From Candidatus Poribacteria bacterium (GTDB taxonomy: Bacteria > Poribacteria > WGA-4E > PCPOR2b), in assembly GCA_965208325.1 (NCBI GenBank), contig OZ242326.1, positions 160,001-224,000 of the forward strand: a DNA stretch of 64,000 nucleotides, given 5' to 3'. The notes beneath the pieces are model-generated. The model had not been told where the DNA came from. It saw nothing but the letters and a program-made list of their open reading frames with translations, and made no database searches. Below, one piece after another: positions 20,273 through 30,332 of this stretch (the stretch's first letter is position 1; every line of letters begins with the position of its first letter). Both the position numbers and the translations under genes were made by a program.

Positions 20273-20471
20273 TCAATATCCCGCTTGTATAACTCCCGAT
20301 CTGACACTGCTTCTGAATGTCAGAAAACCGAACGTCGGTAAGGGTTGAGGATGTATTTGCTAAACCAACTTGTTCAAACACTAATCAAATACATCGCACA
20401 TTCAGAATCCGTACCTGGATTCAATGTTGTAAAACCCATGTGTCGGGATTTTGATACAACGGTGACATTGA
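20273..20471 (-). ncRNA. Candidate structured RNA of unknown family
   Basis: At least eight complementary helix pairs in 200 nt; G-U wobbles favour the minus strand. Confidence 0.45.
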
Positions 20472-20537
20472 TTTATTTCATTGAATGAAAGGTTGTCGGC
20501 CGCTTTTATCTGCGTGACAACACTCGCTCAAAACCCA

Positions 20538-22112
20538 TTAAGTTCCTTTGCGCGGCGTCATTGTGATTACCGGAATGATTAACTCGCTAGGTGAAATCCC
20601 GCCGTGCTGGAAGCCGCCGCGAAACTGTCGCGTATATTCATGATACTGATTTGGATAGACAAAATAGTAATCTTCCTTCGTTATAATATAGTTTTTACTT
20701 GAACCCTCAGCGGGTAACCTATATTCATTCGGATGCGCGATGTGTATAGCTTGATCTCTATTGCACCCGAGGTTCGTACCGACTTTGAAACGAAGGCTTG
20801 TGGACGTTTCGCGATTTCCAAGCGCTTTAGTAGGTCTATTGCAAAGAACGGAACCGTGGTCAGAGGTTAGGACGACGGTGGCGTTTCGGGTTGCAATAAT
20901 CTTCAAGACCTCAAAGAGCGCGGAATGGGCGAACCATGATTTTGCCAGTGAACGAAAGGCAGATTCATCCGGTGCTATTTGCTGAAGTACATTTGACTGT
21001 GAACGTTGATGGGTTAATATATCAATGAAGTTAACGACCAGAGCAGATAAACTGATTTGGTCGAAAGACGAAACTTGACGTAAAAACTCGTTGCCTCCCT
21101 TGGCGTCAAATATCTTGAAATACCTAATTCCTGGTTTAAGGTTCAGCCCGGCTCTTTGAAGCTTTTGTTGAAGGAGCTGTTTTTCATACCGATTCGTACT
21201 GGTTTCGTCTTCTGAGTTTTCCTGCCAATATTGCGGGAATTTCTTTGCAATCTCTTGAGGAAATAAACCGCTAAATAGTGCATTGCGAGAGTAGAGCGTT
21301 GCACTAGGCAAGATTGAGAAGTAAAAATCCCGATTGGTATAAAAATAGGGCCGAATCAGCGGCTCAATCGCCATCCAATGGTCGAGCCTGAGACAATCAA
21401 CAACAATAAAATAGGTGGGTCGTTTTTCGCGTAGATGTGGGATGACAAAATTATCTAACACATCCACAGATAAAATTGGCGAGTTTTCCCCTTTTAACCA
21501 GCGGGTATAGTCTCGCGAAACATAGTCCGAAAATGAAGCATTACACTCCTTTTTTAGCTCTACGTGAGTTTCTTCAAGGCCTGTTTGTCCCAATTGATCG
21601 AATTCGAGATCCCATTCGACCAATTTCAGATAAATTTCAATCCACTTGCGCCAATCCGGGGCGGTCTCTTTTGTGTGTCGAATCTGATCGAAATCGTGCG
21701 TGTAGTTGCGGGGTACCTGTCCTTCTGCAATCTTTGTCTGGTCTAGAACACGTTTCAAGGTAAGAGCGACCTGCGCTGCCCCGATTGGTTTCACCAGAAA
21801 ATCGCTAATCCGTTTCCCCAACGCCTCATTAACTACCTGATCATCATGGCATTGTGTTAGCATTACCACGGGCAAGGTCGGGTCAATCGCGCGGATGCGG
21901 TCCAATGCCGCTAAGCCGTCCTGCCCAGGCATCATCTGGTCAAGTAAAACCACATCATACCGCTGATTATTGAGCAGTGAAATTGCATCGTCCCCGTTGG
22001 ACACAGAGGTGACATCATAAGACTTTTCATTCAGAAAAAGGATGTGGGGTTTCAGGGCATCAATTTCATCATCAACCCATAAAATTTTGTGAGCGATATT
22101 TTGCATTAACAA
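20538..22112 (-). CDS. PorX-like response regulator (receiver plus PglZ phosphodiesterase domain)
   Basis: ILWVDDEI, LLDQMMPG, VDCLRLDHW, ILPSATLYSRNA, TSDHG and FQHGGIS motifs. Confidence 0.85.
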   Translation of the reverse strand: MLMQNIAHKILWVDDEIDALKPHILFLNEKSYDVTSVSNGDDAISLLNNQRYDVVLLDQMMPGQDGLAALDRIRAIDPTLPVVMLTQCHDDQVVNEALGKRISDFLVKPIGAAQVALTLKRVLDQTKIAEGQVPRNYTHDFDQIRHTKETAPDWRKWIEIYLKLVEWDLEFDQLGQTGLEETHVELKKECNASFSDYVSRDYTRWLKGENSPILSVDVLDNFVIPHLREKRPTYFIVVDCLRLDHWMAIEPLIRPYFYTNRDFYFSILPSATLYSRNALFSGLFPQEIAKKFPQYWQENSEDETSTNRYEKQLLQQKLQRAGLNLKPGIRYFKIFDAKGGNEFLRQVSSFDQISLSALVVNFIDILTHQRSQSNVLQQIAPDESAFRSLAKSWFAHSALFEVLKIIATRNATVVLTSDHGSVLCNRPTKALGNRETSTSLRFKVGTNLGCNRDQAIHIAHPNEYRLPAEGSSKNYIITKEDYYFVYPNQYHEYTRQFRGGFQHGGISPSELIIPVITMTPRKGT

Positions 22113-22158
22113 CTCACCCCTTTTTCCCTTTTATCCTTCAAATTTAGGGAAGCCTCAA

Positions 22159-23673
22159 CTAGATTTCTTCTCGTTTCTCGCCGGATATTGTCCCGATTGG
22201 CAGTACAATTTCGAAGCTTGTCCCATTAGGCCCGGAGTCGACTAACCGGATTTTCCCATGATGGTGTGTCTCGACAATACGTTTGACAAGTGTTAATCCA
22301 AGCCCCCAACCGTGTTTCTTGGTTGTTACACCGGGGTGAAAAATTTTTCGGCGGTCTTTCCGTACAATCCCCTTGCCATTGTCCGTGTATCGAATAATGA
22401 TACGACGGTTCTTCTCATCAAATCTCGGATCGATTTCGATTAAACCGTTCGGTTTGTCGAGGGCATCGAGCGAATTGCGAATCAGGTTCTCAAAAACCCA
22501 TTGCATAAGTTCTGCATTGGCGAAGACGTATGGAAGTTCACCAGCAGTGACCCTGATGTCAACCGATTTGTTGCGATTGGGCAACCGTTTTTGATAGTAG
22601 GAAACGACATCGCCAATCACTTCGTTGACGTTGACTTCCGTTTTTTGCGGTTCCGATCCAATCGTCCCAAAGCGTGCCGTGATTTTCTGCAACCGGACGA
22701 TATCGTTATGCACATTTTCATAAATGCCGCTAACCGTAGCGTCGTCCGCTTCACGATTTCGAGTGGTCAACAACTCCAACCAGCCCATCAAAGAGGATAT
22801 TGGCGTTCCCAGTTGGTGTGCGGTTTCCTTGGCGAGACCGCCCCAGAGCGCCGCCTGTTCGCTGAACCTTATGCGCCGATAGCTCAGATACCCTACACCC
22901 AAGAAAGTTGCAAACACAGTTATCAATACAACCGGCATAATCATAATGCCAAGATAACGCGTCGCTTCGTAATAAAAAAAACCCTTACGCAAGTCAGGTG
23001 TGGTCTGCAGCGGCACCTCGCGTCCCAACACTTTGGAGCTCTGCACCAATTTTTCAGCCCGTGCCAACTGTTCCGGTGTAGCATGCTTGGCAGTAACTAA
23101 GTCGCCGCCCCAGATTCGCCACATCTGCGGTTTGCGGTTCAAATCCGTGACGACAAAGGGAACCTGTTCTATCGCTGTTACATCGGCGTCGCCATGAAAA
23201 AAATAGGCAGAAAGTTCGCGGTTTTCTAAGCTGTATTGAATGGACACCGGTCCATTCTTCTTCTCCATCCGGTCCAATGCGTCTTTGAGTTTAACTTGCT
23301 CGACAGGGGATAACGCAATTGAAGGCTCGGTGTTGACTTTTAGGTCGATTGCTTCATCAACGCCCTTGGCAATGACAACTTCCCCGTTATCTGCATCTGT
23401 AATGATGAACGATAGACGGCTTTCCGTCAATAACTGCTTAACTATTTGCGTCAATCCGTCTTGAAGTTCTCTGTCCTTCACCTCGGGTAATGTCGCCGCA
23501 AGGTGTGCCAACGGTCCGACCTGTTCCTCCAACGCTCGATCCAGCTGGAGAATCTGTCTGGTATAATACACGAAGGCGAGCGACAGAATGAGTAGCCCAA
23601 CGATAAAGTACGCTAACAGGAATCTCGTCGTGGCGTAACCAGTCGGCACAATCCTTTTGCGCTTGAACAGCAT
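22159..23673 (-). CDS. Membrane sensor histidine kinase
   Basis: Two TM helices; AKETAHQLGTPISSL H-box; ENLIRNSLDA, DNGKGI and GWGLGL boxes. Confidence 0.92.
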   Translation of the reverse strand: MLFKRKRIVPTGYATTRFLLAYFIVGLLILSLAFVYYTRQILQLDRALEEQVGPLAHLAATLPEVKDRELQDGLTQIVKQLLTESRLSFIITDADNGEVVIAKGVDEAIDLKVNTEPSIALSPVEQVKLKDALDRMEKKNGPVSIQYSLENRELSAYFFHGDADVTAIEQVPFVVTDLNRKPQMWRIWGGDLVTAKHATPEQLARAEKLVQSSKVLGREVPLQTTPDLRKGFFYYEATRYLGIMIMPVVLITVFATFLGVGYLSYRRIRFSEQAALWGGLAKETAHQLGTPISSLMGWLELLTTRNREADDATVSGIYENVHNDIVRLQKITARFGTIGSEPQKTEVNVNEVIGDVVSYYQKRLPNRNKSVDIRVTAGELPYVFANAELMQWVFENLIRNSLDALDKPNGLIEIDPRFDEKNRRIIIRYTDNGKGIVRKDRRKIFHPGVTTKKHGWGLGLTLVKRIVETHHHGKIRLVDSGPNGTSFEIVLPIGTISGEKREEI

Positions 23674-23711
23674 CAGTCTTCCTCTATCCGACGAACAGAA
23701 AATCCCACATA

Positions 23712-23740
23712 ATTCTATCAGAAAATCGGTTTTAAGTCAA
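23712..23740 (-). promoter_or_regulatory. sigma70 promoter for kinase/porX-like operon
   Basis: TTGACT-N17-TAGAAT with extended TG. Confidence 0.65.
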
Positions 23741-24002
23741 GAATTGTTTAGTCGGAATAGCGAGTGGAATCATGCCGTGATTATGATTTGACAGACGCAA
23801 CGGTGCGGTTAGGCGGCATCGGTACATGCACTCACCCGAACCCATTGTAAGTGCGATAGTGTTCGCAAGTTTGGGGATTGGCACACCGTTTCCTAACGCC
23901 AAGATTGAGCGGACGCGGGGATTTCTTCTCCGATGTGAATTCAATTCCTAACTATGTATTATTGACGCAATTTATCCCTGTACGGGTTATCAATTTTTGG
24001 TC

Positions 24003-25583
24003 TCAAGGCATTTCGAACGTTCGGCGTAAAATACTTTGGTGGCCGAGGTCATTTTCGAGGTGGTAGATAACCGTATGAGTGCCGGCAATAGCGTCGATTT
24101 GGCTAACATTGATTGTTGGGCTGAGTGTGATAACCTCAGCGTCGTCACCGGCGATTGCCTCTTGGTGGGAAAATGGGCCGGAGCATCTTTCTCCGAGCGG
24201 ATTAAGGATTTTCCACGAGACCTTAATCCATTTTGGGCGCGGATTGAGTTTGACATAAACCACTAATTCATCCGCGAGCGAGTTCTCATTAAAGCCGAGC
24301 ACACCAAATTCAGAGAGCATTTTGGCTGTCATAGTTATTGGCGGAACGTATTCCAAGTAGCCCTTGCCGGGAATTGCTCGCCAGACCCCCTGCGTGCCCC
24401 AAGCAATCTGTTTAACAGGCAAATAGTCCAGGCCGAGGACGTTCACACGTATGCGTTCGCGCTGCAACGTTTCGATGACATAATCTAGGCTATACTCGGA
24501 CTTGCCGTCGTAATCTGCATCATGGAATGCAGCGTCACTCGCGAATACGAAGAACCGTTGCCTTCCCGTACGGAATTTTATCCTGTCCACCGCTGTCATT
24601 AGCGCGTCTAAACCGGATTCGAGGAGATCGCCCCCGCCCTCAAATTCAATCTCGTGAAGCCATGTTTTAAACTTACTGCGTTCGGTCGTAACACCGCGTG
24701 CATTTGGTTTTTCTTCCGTGGCATCGGAAAAAGTGACGAGGCCAACCGCTGCGTTGTGTCTCGTTCGCGCTAAATGATCCAGAAATTCATCGGCATAAGC
24801 CCGAATTCCACGAACATTGTCCTTCATGCTACCCGTCTTGTCGACGATAAATACGATATCAACTTCGGCTGTGGTTGCGGCCTCCGCAATGTCAAGCGCG
24901 AGATCGGTCATCAACTTGATGTAATTTCCTTGCGGTCGCGATGCCCCGCCGCTGCCGTAAGAGTTTCCTACAGGCGCCCCGCGCAGGACTGCGCCGCGCG
25001 TGTGCCAATACTGCATTTCGGCTGGATTAACCTCCAGAGAATTTGCTTTCAAACCCCTTCCCGACTCACTTATGCTGATATTTTCGTTTTCGGTTGGAGC
25101 GGTAACATCATCCGAACGCGTCGGTTGTAATGGCACAACTGCGGCAGCAATTGGTTGAGGTATCGGATAGGCAGAATTTGGCAAGCGGGAATGAGGATTC
25201 AGTCTAATCTGGTTAGATTTTGTTGACCGTTCCCCAATTTTGGAAGTTGTCTCGCGGTGCGCTGGGTTGTCGAATGAGGGTTCAACCTGCCATTCTGCAT
25301 CAGAAGTGGGCGTTGGCTTGGGCGGATCAAACTTCTTTGCCTCTTCCGTGGGCTTAGCAGGAGGCGGCGGCTTTTGAGGCTTACTAGGACGGTCTTCTAT
25401 ACGGGGTAAATACGAGATATCAATCGCAATCTCATCATGAACGGGTCGAGTCTGATAACGTTCATGCCAAAGCCGGGATAAGATAAGCAGGATAAGGAGG
25501 TGAACCATGAGCGAGTACATTAGAAAGGAGTAAGAATGTCTGCGCGGCTGCACGGTATCACCTGCTTTGAAAGTGGAAGGCAA
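24003..25583 (-). CDS. Membrane-anchored VWA-domain protein with Pro-rich linker
   Basis: N-terminal TM with SxxxH; MIDAS DKTGS; ESGLDAL and SDAAFH motifs. Confidence 0.8.
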   Translation of the reverse strand: MPSTFKAGDTVQPRRHSYSFLMYSLMVHLLILLILSRLWHERYQTRPVHDEIAIDISYLPRIEDRPSKPQKPPPPAKPTEEAKKFDPPKPTPTSDAEWQVEPSFDNPAHRETTSKIGERSTKSNQIRLNPHSRLPNSAYPIPQPIAAAVVPLQPTRSDDVTAPTENENISISESGRGLKANSLEVNPAEMQYWHTRGAVLRGAPVGNSYGSGGASRPQGNYIKLMTDLALDIAEAATTAEVDIVFIVDKTGSMKDNVRGIRAYADEFLDHLARTRHNAAVGLVTFSDATEEKPNARGVTTERSKFKTWLHEIEFEGGGDLLESGLDALMTAVDRIKFRTGRQRFFVFASDAAFHDADYDGKSEYSLDYVIETLQRERIRVNVLGLDYLPVKQIAWGTQGVWRAIPGKGYLEYVPPITMTAKMLSEFGVLGFNENSLADELVVYVKLNPRPKWIKVSWKILNPLGERCSGPFSHQEAIAGDDAEVITLSPTINVSQIDAIAGTHTVIYHLENDLGHQSILRRTFEMP

Positions 25584-25697
25584 ATAGTAGGTAAGATTAA
25601 GTCATCCCCTCCACAAAATTCACCGACGAGCGTCAATCGCAATCTGTATTATCGGGCGGCAAACCTTAATTCATGGCGAGTTAGTTTGAAATTCCTG

Positions 25698-27449
25698 TCA
25701 TTGGCTGAGGAGTCGTTGGAATTCGAGATTGTTGCGAATTCCGTCTAACGCCCTATCAGTCTTTGCCGTTTCCTGATAGGATTTATCAAGCGAAAATGCA
25801 GTTTCAAATGCATCCAGCGCTTTTTCGAGGTTATCGGTTTTTACGTACGTGAGACCCAAATGATAATGGGCAGACGCCAAATAATCACCTAACGCCACAG
25901 CCTTTTCCAAGGCGGCCGCCGCTTCCCTATACTCGCCGCGTTTGTAGAGCACCCATCCAAGTGTGTCGTGAAATGTCGCGTTATTTGGTTCGCTCAGTAA
26001 CGTTTTCCTTGCGATGGATTCCGCTTTCTCCAAATGTACACCTGCATCCGCGAATGACCAAGCTAACGAGTCGAGACTAGCGATTGCGTACTCACGTACG
26101 TGGGCGTCAGGATCTTTTTCAGCCAATCGTTCAAGTCCCGGAAGTGCTCGAATGTCTCCGAGATCGCCAAGCGCGAACGCAGCGCTGCGGCGGACATTTT
26201 CAGCCTCCGAATTGAGCGCCGCAATGAGCGGCTTTACGGCTTGTCGGCTGCCAACGCGGCCTAATGCAATCACGGCAGTACTGCGAATGAAATCTTTTTC
26301 GTCTTTTAGCATCGCAATTAACGGTTGCACTGCGCGTTTGTCTTCAAGTGCGCCCAAGGCAACGACAGCACTCACACGAACGGAACTATTTTCGTCCTGG
26401 AGGGCATCAATGAGCGGCGCCACTGCCCGTTGCTCGCCAAGCCGTCCCAATATGCTCGCTATTTCAGCACGGATAGGATTATTTTCAACTTCGAAAAGTG
26501 TAAGCAATGGCTCCACCGCTGCGGGACCAAGCTTCTCCAACGCTGAAGCCGCAGTGGCGCGCACCAGAAGATTTTCGTTGTTCAGGACCGGAATCAACAG
26601 CGCGATCGCCGGTTCACCGAGCGCTACCAGTGCCTCCGCAGCTTTGTCGCGGATTGAAGGCTCATCGTTAAGTGCGGCAACCAAGGGAATTCCTGCTCGC
26701 ATATCGCCAAGCTGCCCTAAAACAGAAGTTGCAGCCTCACGAACCAACGGGCTCTCATCTTTTAACGCCTCAATTAGCGGCTCGACAGCGCGTTTATCGC
26801 CAAGTTGCCCAAGTGCTAAGGCAGCAAATGGGCGGGTATAGCTGTCCTGATTGATGGCAGTAAGCAGCGGCTCCACTGCTTGTTTATCCCCAAGATGCCC
26901 TAACGCAACCGCAGCCGAAAGGCGGACATCATTCTTCTTGTCCATAAGCGCCGCGATTAACGGTTCTGTGGCGCGCGCGTCCCCAAGTTGGCCCAACGCG
27001 AAGGCAGTGCTGCTGCGTACTCTACTGTTTTTGTCCTTCAGTACATCAAGCAGCGGTTCAACGACTCGTCTGTCGCCAAGTTGCCCAAGTGCAATGGCAG
27101 CACTTTCGCGGACATTACGCCTCTCTTTCTTGTCCTTAAGGGCAGCTAGCAACGGCTCGACTGCCTGTATGTCGCCAAGATGACCCAACGCAACCGCAGC
27201 ACTCTCGCGGACATCACGCTTCTCGCTTTTGTCATTGAGGCGATCCAACAGTGGAACTACTGCTCGCGAATCCCCAAGCCTACCCAATGCTTCCGACGCT
27301 TCTATGCGAGCATCCTTATCTGCACTCATCAGTTTTTGGGAATACTTGGCGAATTCATCCAGTTTTTCCTCGGGCGATGCAGGTTGAAAAAATCCAAGTG
27401 ACATCGCGGCAATGAGGATTAAAACAGAAATCGACTTGTAGTTTTTCAT
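25698..27449 (-). CDS. Secreted HEAT (PBS-lyase) repeat protein with C-terminal TPRs
   Basis: Signal peptide; about 31-aa ALGQLGDxRAVEPL repeats; DTLGWVLYK TPR. Confidence 0.88.
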   Translation of the reverse strand: MKNYKSISVLILIAAMSLGFFQPASPEEKLDEFAKYSQKLMSADKDARIEASEALGRLGDSRAVVPLLDRLNDKSEKRDVRESAAVALGHLGDIQAVEPLLAALKDKKERRNVRESAAIALGQLGDRRVVEPLLDVLKDKNSRVRSSTAFALGQLGDARATEPLIAALMDKKNDVRLSAAVALGHLGDKQAVEPLLTAINQDSYTRPFAALALGQLGDKRAVEPLIEALKDESPLVREAATSVLGQLGDMRAGIPLVAALNDEPSIRDKAAEALVALGEPAIALLIPVLNNENLLVRATAASALEKLGPAAVEPLLTLFEVENNPIRAEIASILGRLGEQRAVAPLIDALQDENSSVRVSAVVALGALEDKRAVQPLIAMLKDEKDFIRSTAVIALGRVGSRQAVKPLIAALNSEAENVRRSAAFALGDLGDIRALPGLERLAEKDPDAHVREYAIASLDSLAWSFADAGVHLEKAESIARKTLLSEPNNATFHDTLGWVLYKRGEYREAAAALEKAVALGDYLASAHYHLGLTYVKTDNLEKALDAFETAFSLDKSYQETAKTDRALDGIRNNLEFQRLLSQ

Positions 27450-27455
27450 GTTATT

Positions 27456-30239
27456 TTACTCCACCTTTCCTCGCAATTCCGACACCTTCAATTGTTCAAC
27501 TCGTTCAAGGTATGTATCGTCCAACTCGAAAGCAGTGTCGAATTTCTCCTGCGCTTTCGCTTGCTGATTGTCCTTAAGGTATGCCAATCCCAAATGATAA
27601 TGCGCCGAGGCTGATCCAAATCGTCCTTGGATTGCTTTCTCGAAGGCGGAAATCGCGTCTGTAAACTTGCCCTGTTTGTAGAGCACCCAACCGAGAGTCT
27701 CATAAGAGGTTTGGGCATCGACGCGAAGCGCTATCGCATTCTTCACGAGAGATTCTGCTTCATCCAATCTGTTACCCGCGTTGGCAAAAGACCACGCGCG
27801 AATATTCTGCAAACTAGCTGTCGCAGAATTGCAGATTTGTTCATCAGCCTCTCTCTTTATGAGTTGTTCCAAGTCAAGAACCGCCCGTTCATCGCGAAGT
27901 TGCCCCAATGATTTCGCAGCAATACGGCGTACCCTTCTGCTTTCATCTCTCAGTGCAGCAATCAATGGCGCAACGGCTCGACCATCTCCCATACGCCCTA
28001 AAACAGAACCTGCCATACAGCGCATCGCTTCATCGTCGTCCTTTAGCGCATTTAACAACAATCCCATGCCGTGTTTGTCCCCAAGCTGTCCCAACCCGAT
28101 GGCGGCAATATATTTTGCTTCATCATCTTTGAGTGCGTTAAGCAGCGGTTCAATTGCCCGCTTGTCGCCCAAAAGCGCTAACCCAACCGCGGCCATAACC
28201 CGTACTTCATCATCTTTGAGCGCATTGAGTAGCGGTTCAACCGCCCGCTCGTCACCTAGCTGTCCTAGCGCTATGGCAGCATTTTTGCGAACGTAACTGT
28301 AGCTCTCTCCTGTGTCGCTATTGTAGTAACTATTTTTGTTTCTGAGAACCGCAATCAGAGGTTGCACCGCTCGATTGTCATCAAGTTGGCCTAAGGTAGA
28401 CACAAGCATATTTCTGAAATTTCCTTCTTCCGAATTGCGGATCTGGCCGCTATTCAAGACGTTGATGAGCGGCGTTGTTGCCCGTTTGTCTCCAAGCACT
28501 CCCAACGCAACGGCGGCATTCCAACGAACCTGCCAATTTTCATCATTAAGTGCCGCGGCTAACGGTTTCATCGCGCGTCGGACGCCGAGATACCCTAATG
28601 CAAAAGTAGCTTCAAGGCGGAATTGCGAATTCTCGTCTTCAAGCGCATCAACGAGTGATTGCACCGAGCGCTTGTCTCCTAGCCGACCCAGTGCATAAGC
28701 AGCGCCGCGGCGGACGATTTTATCCTGGCTTTCGTCCTTTAACACGGCAATCAGTGGCTTTGCCGCCGGTTTGCCACACTGCCCTAAAGCACGGGCAGCG
28801 TGCCAACAAAACCCCCAATCTGTATATTTGAGCGCGGCAATCAGTGGCTCTATCGCGCGCTTATCACCGAGACGGCCTAACGCTTTGGCAGCTTCAAAGC
28901 GAACTGCCCAATCTTGATTCTCAAGTGCGGCAATCAGTGGTTCTACTGCACGCCCGTCGCCAAGCTGGCCTAACGCTTTTGCGGCTTGCTGATGGACCTT
29001 CGCATCCCCGTCCTGGAGCGAAACGAGGAGAGGTTCGACGGCCCGCCTGTCCCCAAGTGTACCTAGGGCGCGTGCGGCGTTCGCGCGGCCTCCCCAATTC
29101 TTATCTTGAAGTGCAACAATCAACTCATCTACCGCTCGATTATCATTTAGCTGTTCCAACGCAGCTACAGCGCTGTTACGAATGGAACCCTGCTCGTCCT
29201 TCAGCGCGGCGATTAGGATATCAACCGCTCGCTTATCACCAAGCTGTCCCAACGCGGCTAGGGCATTATTGCGGACTACACCATCACTATCGTTGGAAAG
29301 TACGATGAGCGGTTCTACTGCTTGCGGGTCTCCAATTCGACCGAGTATTCGCGCCGCGTCGGCGCGGACAGAACTATTTCCACGCTTGAGTATAGACAGT
29401 AAGGGAACTACTGCCGGTTCACCTATCCGCCCTAGCGTCGAGACAGCGGCGGCGTGAACCAAAACATCCGTCTCTCCAAGCGCAGAAATCAGCGCCGCAA
29501 CCGCGGGTTCGCCAAGCAGCTCCAATGCGTTCGCGGCTCTTTCGCGTACAGAAATTTCATTGTCGCGAAAAGCGGCGATTAGCGGTTCTACTGCTCGCGT
29601 GTCGTCAAGTTTTCCAAGCACCGATGCAGCAGCGTCGCGGACAAATGGAGTTCCATCTCTGAGTGCTGCAATCAGCGGTTCAACCGCCCGCTTATCGTTA
29701 AGCTGCCCCAACGCAAGCGCAGCAAAAGGGCGCGAAAGGTCATCTTCCTCAATCACTGCAAGCAGCGCCTCTGATGCCCGCGCATCGCCAAGATGGCCCA
29801 ACGCAATTGCAGCACTATTTCGCACGGTGCGCTGGTCATCTTTCAATGCCGCAATTAAGGGTTCTAACGATTGCGGCCCGCCAAGTTGCCCCAATGCAAA
29901 TGCGGCGCTGCTCCTTACATTGTCACCCGTAACTTTCAAAACCGCAATCAACGGTTCCACTGCACGGTCGTCACCCAATTTACCCAAAGCAATCGCGGCA
30001 CTCTCACGGACAGTACAATCTTCCGCCTGATCCTGGAGGACATCCACTAGCGGCATAACCGCCCGCACATCGCCATATAGTCCCAATTCCGCCGCAGCTT
30101 CCTTGCGGAGAAGTTTATCCTCTCCTTCTAACTGCTTGATGTAAACTGCTACTTCATCTTTGTGGTTATGGCTATCACATCCGCATAACGCTGCAAAACC
30201 AATCGCAATGAAGACAGACATCGTCCTGTGTTTTCGCAT
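27456..30239 (-). CDS. HEAT-repeat lipoprotein with C-terminal TPRs
   Basis: Lipobox-like ALCGC; more than 20 HEAT repeats; ETLGWVLYK TPR. Confidence 0.88.
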   Translation of the reverse strand: MRKHRTMSVFIAIGFAALCGCDSHNHKDEVAVYIKQLEGEDKLLRKEAAAELGLYGDVRAVMPLVDVLQDQAEDCTVRESAAIALGKLGDDRAVEPLIAVLKVTGDNVRSSAAFALGQLGGPQSLEPLIAALKDDQRTVRNSAAIALGHLGDARASEALLAVIEEDDLSRPFAALALGQLNDKRAVEPLIAALRDGTPFVRDAAASVLGKLDDTRAVEPLIAAFRDNEISVRERAANALELLGEPAVAALISALGETDVLVHAAAVSTLGRIGEPAVVPLLSILKRGNSSVRADAARILGRIGDPQAVEPLIVLSNDSDGVVRNNALAALGQLGDKRAVDILIAALKDEQGSIRNSAVAALEQLNDNRAVDELIVALQDKNWGGRANAARALGTLGDRRAVEPLLVSLQDGDAKVHQQAAKALGQLGDGRAVEPLIAALENQDWAVRFEAAKALGRLGDKRAIEPLIAALKYTDWGFCWHAARALGQCGKPAAKPLIAVLKDESQDKIVRRGAAYALGRLGDKRSVQSLVDALEDENSQFRLEATFALGYLGVRRAMKPLAAALNDENWQVRWNAAVALGVLGDKRATTPLINVLNSGQIRNSEEGNFRNMLVSTLGQLDDNRAVQPLIAVLRNKNSYYNSDTGESYSYVRKNAAIALGQLGDERAVEPLLNALKDDEVRVMAAVGLALLGDKRAIEPLLNALKDDEAKYIAAIGLGQLGDKHGMGLLLNALKDDDEAMRCMAGSVLGRMGDGRAVAPLIAALRDESRRVRRIAAKSLGQLRDERAVLDLEQLIKREADEQICNSATASLQNIRAWSFANAGNRLDEAESLVKNAIALRVDAQTSYETLGWVLYKQGKFTDAISAFEKAIQGRFGSASAHYHLGLAYLKDNQQAKAQEKFDTAFELDDTYLERVEQLKVSELRGKVE

Positions 30240-30332
30240 TTCCTTCGTTTACTTCAACGTGTCAGCCAACGACTAATGCAAACATTACGCTGGAACGACA
30301 TGCATTCTGAATTCGCAGGTACGGGACTTGAG

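Noticed and set aside
20273..20471. Assigning the structured segment as 6S, SRP or a known riboswitch
   Set aside because: Size fits 6S, but I could not identify diagnostic motifs; left unassigned
26014..30030. Long plus-strand ORFs opposite the HEAT genes (e.g. 26014-26841)
   Set aside because: Antisense shadows of repetitive Ala/Leu-rich coding sequence; no motifs
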